DNA from: a virus
Strand: one strand, 5' to 3'
Length of the DNA stretch: 26,716 nucleotides
Virus record (IMG/VR): IMGVR_UViG_3300029822_001031
Both the position numbers and the translations under genes were made by a program. Below, one piece after another: positions 24,817-26,716 of the stretch (positions are counted from its first letter, which is position 1; the number at the start of each line of letters is the position of its first letter). The notes under the pieces were generated by a model. That model had not been told where the DNA came from and did no database searches. It saw nothing but the letters and a program-made list of their open reading frames with translations.

Positions 24817-25592
24817 AATACAAAACAACAACCTGGAGCGGCGAGCCGGCGATCAACGTCCGGCTCGACTACGACGAAGCGCGGGAGTACCTCGCGCTGG
24901 ATGAGGACGCGATCGCTCACCTCGACTCGCTCACGGAGAGCGAGCGCGGGGTGTTGGTGCAGGAGCTGCGGCTGGTCCCGCTCCGCGAGGTCGCAGAGTA
25001 CGCGATCGGGACAGATGGAGAGCCTACCGAGCACCTCTCGCCCCTGACGGCCGCAACGACGACCAGGACGGAGGACGACTACGACGGGGCGCTCTTCGCC
25101 CTGGAGGGGATCGGCCGGGGGGCGTACCTTGAGGTACTCGACCGGGCCGCCCGGATAATCGCGCGGGAGGTCCGAGCCTGGGATACGGAGGACATATCCG
25201 AGCTGGTGGAGCTGCTCGCGCGGCTGGATGCGATTGGCGACCGGGCCGACCGGAGAGTGGGAGCGGAGGACTACGTACGGATGGACGCGCTCCCGTCCGC
25301 CCCGATCCCGGAGGGGGTCGATACTAGTTACCCGGTGTGGGCCGTAGACAAGCGGGGTATGGCCCTCGTGGGGGAGGGGGCCGACGAGGTGGAGAGCGTC
25401 GAGGAGGTGCGGGCGGCCTGTGAGGAGCACGCCCGCCGGATGAAGGGGATCCCGCTGCGATGCCACAAGTGCGGTCACACCTGGATGTACCGCGGGGGGT
25501 CGCAGTACCGGACGACCTGCCCGGCCTGCCGTATCACGGTGTATATCGACAAGTGCGAGGTTTCGCACGCAGAGATGGCCCGGGGGAAGTGA
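24813..25592 (+). CDS. Acidic protein with C-terminal Zn ribbon (259 aa)
   Basis: ATG at 24813 with GAGGA RBS; LPSAPIP..VDT.YPVWAVD segment; CHKCGHTW...TCPAC. Confidence 0.75.
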   Translation: MKYKTTTWSGEPAINVRLDYDEAREYLALDEDAIAHLDSLTESERGVLVQELRLVPLREVAEYAIGTDGEPTEHLSPLTAATTTRTEDDYDGALFALEGIGRGAYLEVLDRAARIIAREVRAWDTEDISELVELLARLDAIGDRADRRVGAEDYVRMDALPSAPIPEGVDTSYPVWAVDKRGMALVGEGADEVESVEEVRAACEEHARRMKGIPLRCHKCGHTWMYRGGSQYRTTCPACRITVYIDKCEVSHAEMARGK

Positions 25593-26018
25593 GTGATGGG
25601 TGAGACTGCGGGGCGGGTCACCGCACGCACCGATCGCCTGTTCGACCAGATCGAGGCGGCGCTGAGTCTGGCGGGGAGGATGATCGACCACCACGAGGAG
25701 CAGTATGATGGGGAGATAGGGGCCGAGCGGGCCATTGTCGGCAAGGCCCTCATCTCGCTGGAACTCCTGCGGAATGGTAGCAAGGACGAGGAGCGGCTAA
25801 AAACGTTTCTGTATGACGAGTACGAGCATTGTCAAGCTGAGTATGATCGGGTGATGAGCGAGTACCTACCGCTGGACCCTACAGACCCACGGAGAGCGGA
25901 GTTGAAGCAGGAGGGCGACCAGATCATCGGGCGAAGCCTCTGCATTAGCGAAATTACGAAACGGCTCAATATTGGGCAGTTTGACATAATACGAGAGGGG
26001 ATGCCTCTTGGCCGATGA
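25593..26018 (+). CDS. Helical protein; N-half paralogous to 1839..2033
   Basis: See alignment in 1839..2033; immediately follows previous stop. Confidence 0.75.
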   Translation: MMGETAGRVTARTDRLFDQIEAALSLAGRMIDHHEEQYDGEIGAERAIVGKALISLELLRNGSKDEERLKTFLYDEYEHCQAEYDRVMSEYLPLDPTDPRRAELKQEGDQIIGRSLCISEITKRLNIGQFDIIREGMPLGR

Positions 26019-26391
26019 GGAGGAGTCGAAAACCTGTACGCACTGCGGGAGGCTCCTCCCGCTGTCCGCGTTCCGGCGGAAGGCAAGTTGGAAGCAGGGG
26101 CGGATGTCCTGGTGCGCGAAGTGCGTCGGTGCCCGGGCACGGGAGCGGTATGCGACTGATCCGGAGTATCGGGAGGAGGTCAAGCGAGGAGGGGCGAGAC
26201 AATATGAGGGAGTGGTTGCGGGGGATCGAGTGATACGGTTTTTGGAGGAGAGCCCCGGTAATCGAGCGCTGTATTGCAAGCGGTGTGACGAGTACTATCT
26301 ATACCGCCTGGTTGACGGGCAAGAGGATGTGGATACGGCCCCCTGCCCCCAATGCAGGCGGGGTGCCGAGGTATTCGGTCGGGTGGTGTGA
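26008..26391 (+). CDS. Double Zn-finger protein (HNH/EndoVII-associated-type N-terminal finger, no nuclease core seen)
   Basis: KTCTHCGRLLPLSAF...G..SWCAKC; second CKRC...CPQC. Confidence 0.7.
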   Translation: MADEEESKTCTHCGRLLPLSAFRRKASWKQGRMSWCAKCVGARARERYATDPEYREEVKRGGARQYEGVVAGDRVIRFLEESPGNRALYCKRCDEYYLYRLVDGQEDVDTAPCPQCRRGAEVFGRVV

Positions 26392-26601
26392 GAGACGCAC
26401 TAACATATATATCCTGCACTGTGATAATGGATTATTCTCTTTTCTCAGCCGCCCTCTTGACAGGGTAGGATTTAGGGTTCTCTTTTGTGGTAAAAGTGAA
26501 CCGTCGGAGATTGCGAGGCCAACGGCCACCGCACACCCTCCGCTGACAACTGAGGTGGTGGCGAGGATTGCGCCGAAAAGGGGGTTTTGGTTCAAGTTCA
26601 T
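26299..26601 (-). CDS. Possible small protein with N-terminal hydrophobic segment
   Basis: ATG 8 nt after the MTase-remnant stop; overlaps the convergent gene by about 90 nt, so doubtful. Confidence 0.25.
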   Translation of the reverse strand: MNLNQNPLFGAILATTSVVSGGCAVAVGLAISDGSLLPQKRTLNPTLSRGRLRKENNPLSQCRIYMLVRLSHHPTEYLGTPPALGAGGRIHILLPVNQAV

Positions 26602-26609
26602 TTATTGGT

Positions 26610-26714
26610 TCATCTCCCTAGCGTTTTGGTATTGCCTAAACCTCTGTAACACTCGGCAATCTGTCTTGGGGAGTATGGAGGGTCAACGATTACACAATCC
26701 ACCGAATTATCCCC
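26610..26714 (-). pseudogene. Partial/truncated amino-(N6A/N4C) DNA methyltransferase-like fragment
   Basis: Translated by hand: GDNSVDCVIVDPPYSPRQIAECYRGLGNTKTLGR*; DPPY motif IV; enters from right edge and stops early. Confidence 0.6.
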
Positions 26715-26716
26715 AA

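Larger units (their letters stand above)
1..26716. mobile_element. Archaeal virus/provirus, probably spindle-shaped (fusellovirus/halspivirus-like architecture); partial, boundaries not in window
   Basis: Dense operons with ATGA/TGATG overlaps; Rep helicase plus iteron origin; cluster of small two-TM hairpin proteins with N-glycosylation sequons; large signal-peptide spike with C-terminal TMs; P-loop ATPase; many small Zn-finger ORFs; no host housekeeping operon, no head-tail genes (terminase, portal, HK97 capsid) recognised. Confidence 0.75.

Noticed and set aside
9879-25694. Long antisense or alternative-frame ORFs (e.g. 10254..10985, 9991..10854, 20785..22176, 24615..25694)
   Set aside because: Shadow ORFs from GC-rich codon bias of the real genes; low-complexity translations without RBS support.
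1-26716. Window is a complete circle joined end to start
   Set aside because: Joining gives ...LRGP-LGIIRWIV*, which breaks both edge genes; no terminal repeat seen.

Overview
The window appears to be most of the genome of an enveloped, probably spindle-shaped, archaeal virus or provirus. The host is inferred to be a high-GC methanogen (Methanomicrobiales-like), based on GGAGG/GGTGA ribosome-binding sites, a DUF1628-type pilin and methanogen-style cohesin/dockerin sequences. Both edges cut through genes, and no integrase or att site is visible. Layout: (i) 1-4450, a leftward arm of small early genes (Zn fingers, RHH, a DpdA/TGT-like protein, a GINS A-domain-like protein); (ii) 4600-7500, a lower-GC replication module (excisionase-type HTH, Zn-finger/helicase Rep, iteron origin) flanked by a 14-bp palindromic direct repeat; (iii) 7600-8650, a leftward cargo cassette with a type IV pilin; (iv) 9081-22784, a rightward virion/morphogenesis region (large anchored spike, adhesin, several two-helix hairpin capsid-like proteins, P-loop ATPase, 850-aa basic protein); (v) 22970-23575, three very basic small genes; (vi) 23769-26391, a rightward early arm; (vii) a DNA methyltransferase remnant at the right edge. 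Two observations stand out. First, a secreted DUF2341-PKD-PKD adhesin ending in a dockerin is translationally coupled to a cohesin fused to a membrane anchor, which suggests cellulosome-type plug-in assembly of a viral receptor-binding protein. Second, two near-identical anticodon-less mini-tRNA elements, with compensatory acceptor-stem changes, sit at gene ends in the right arm. All family calls come from motif recognition by eye; no searches were run.
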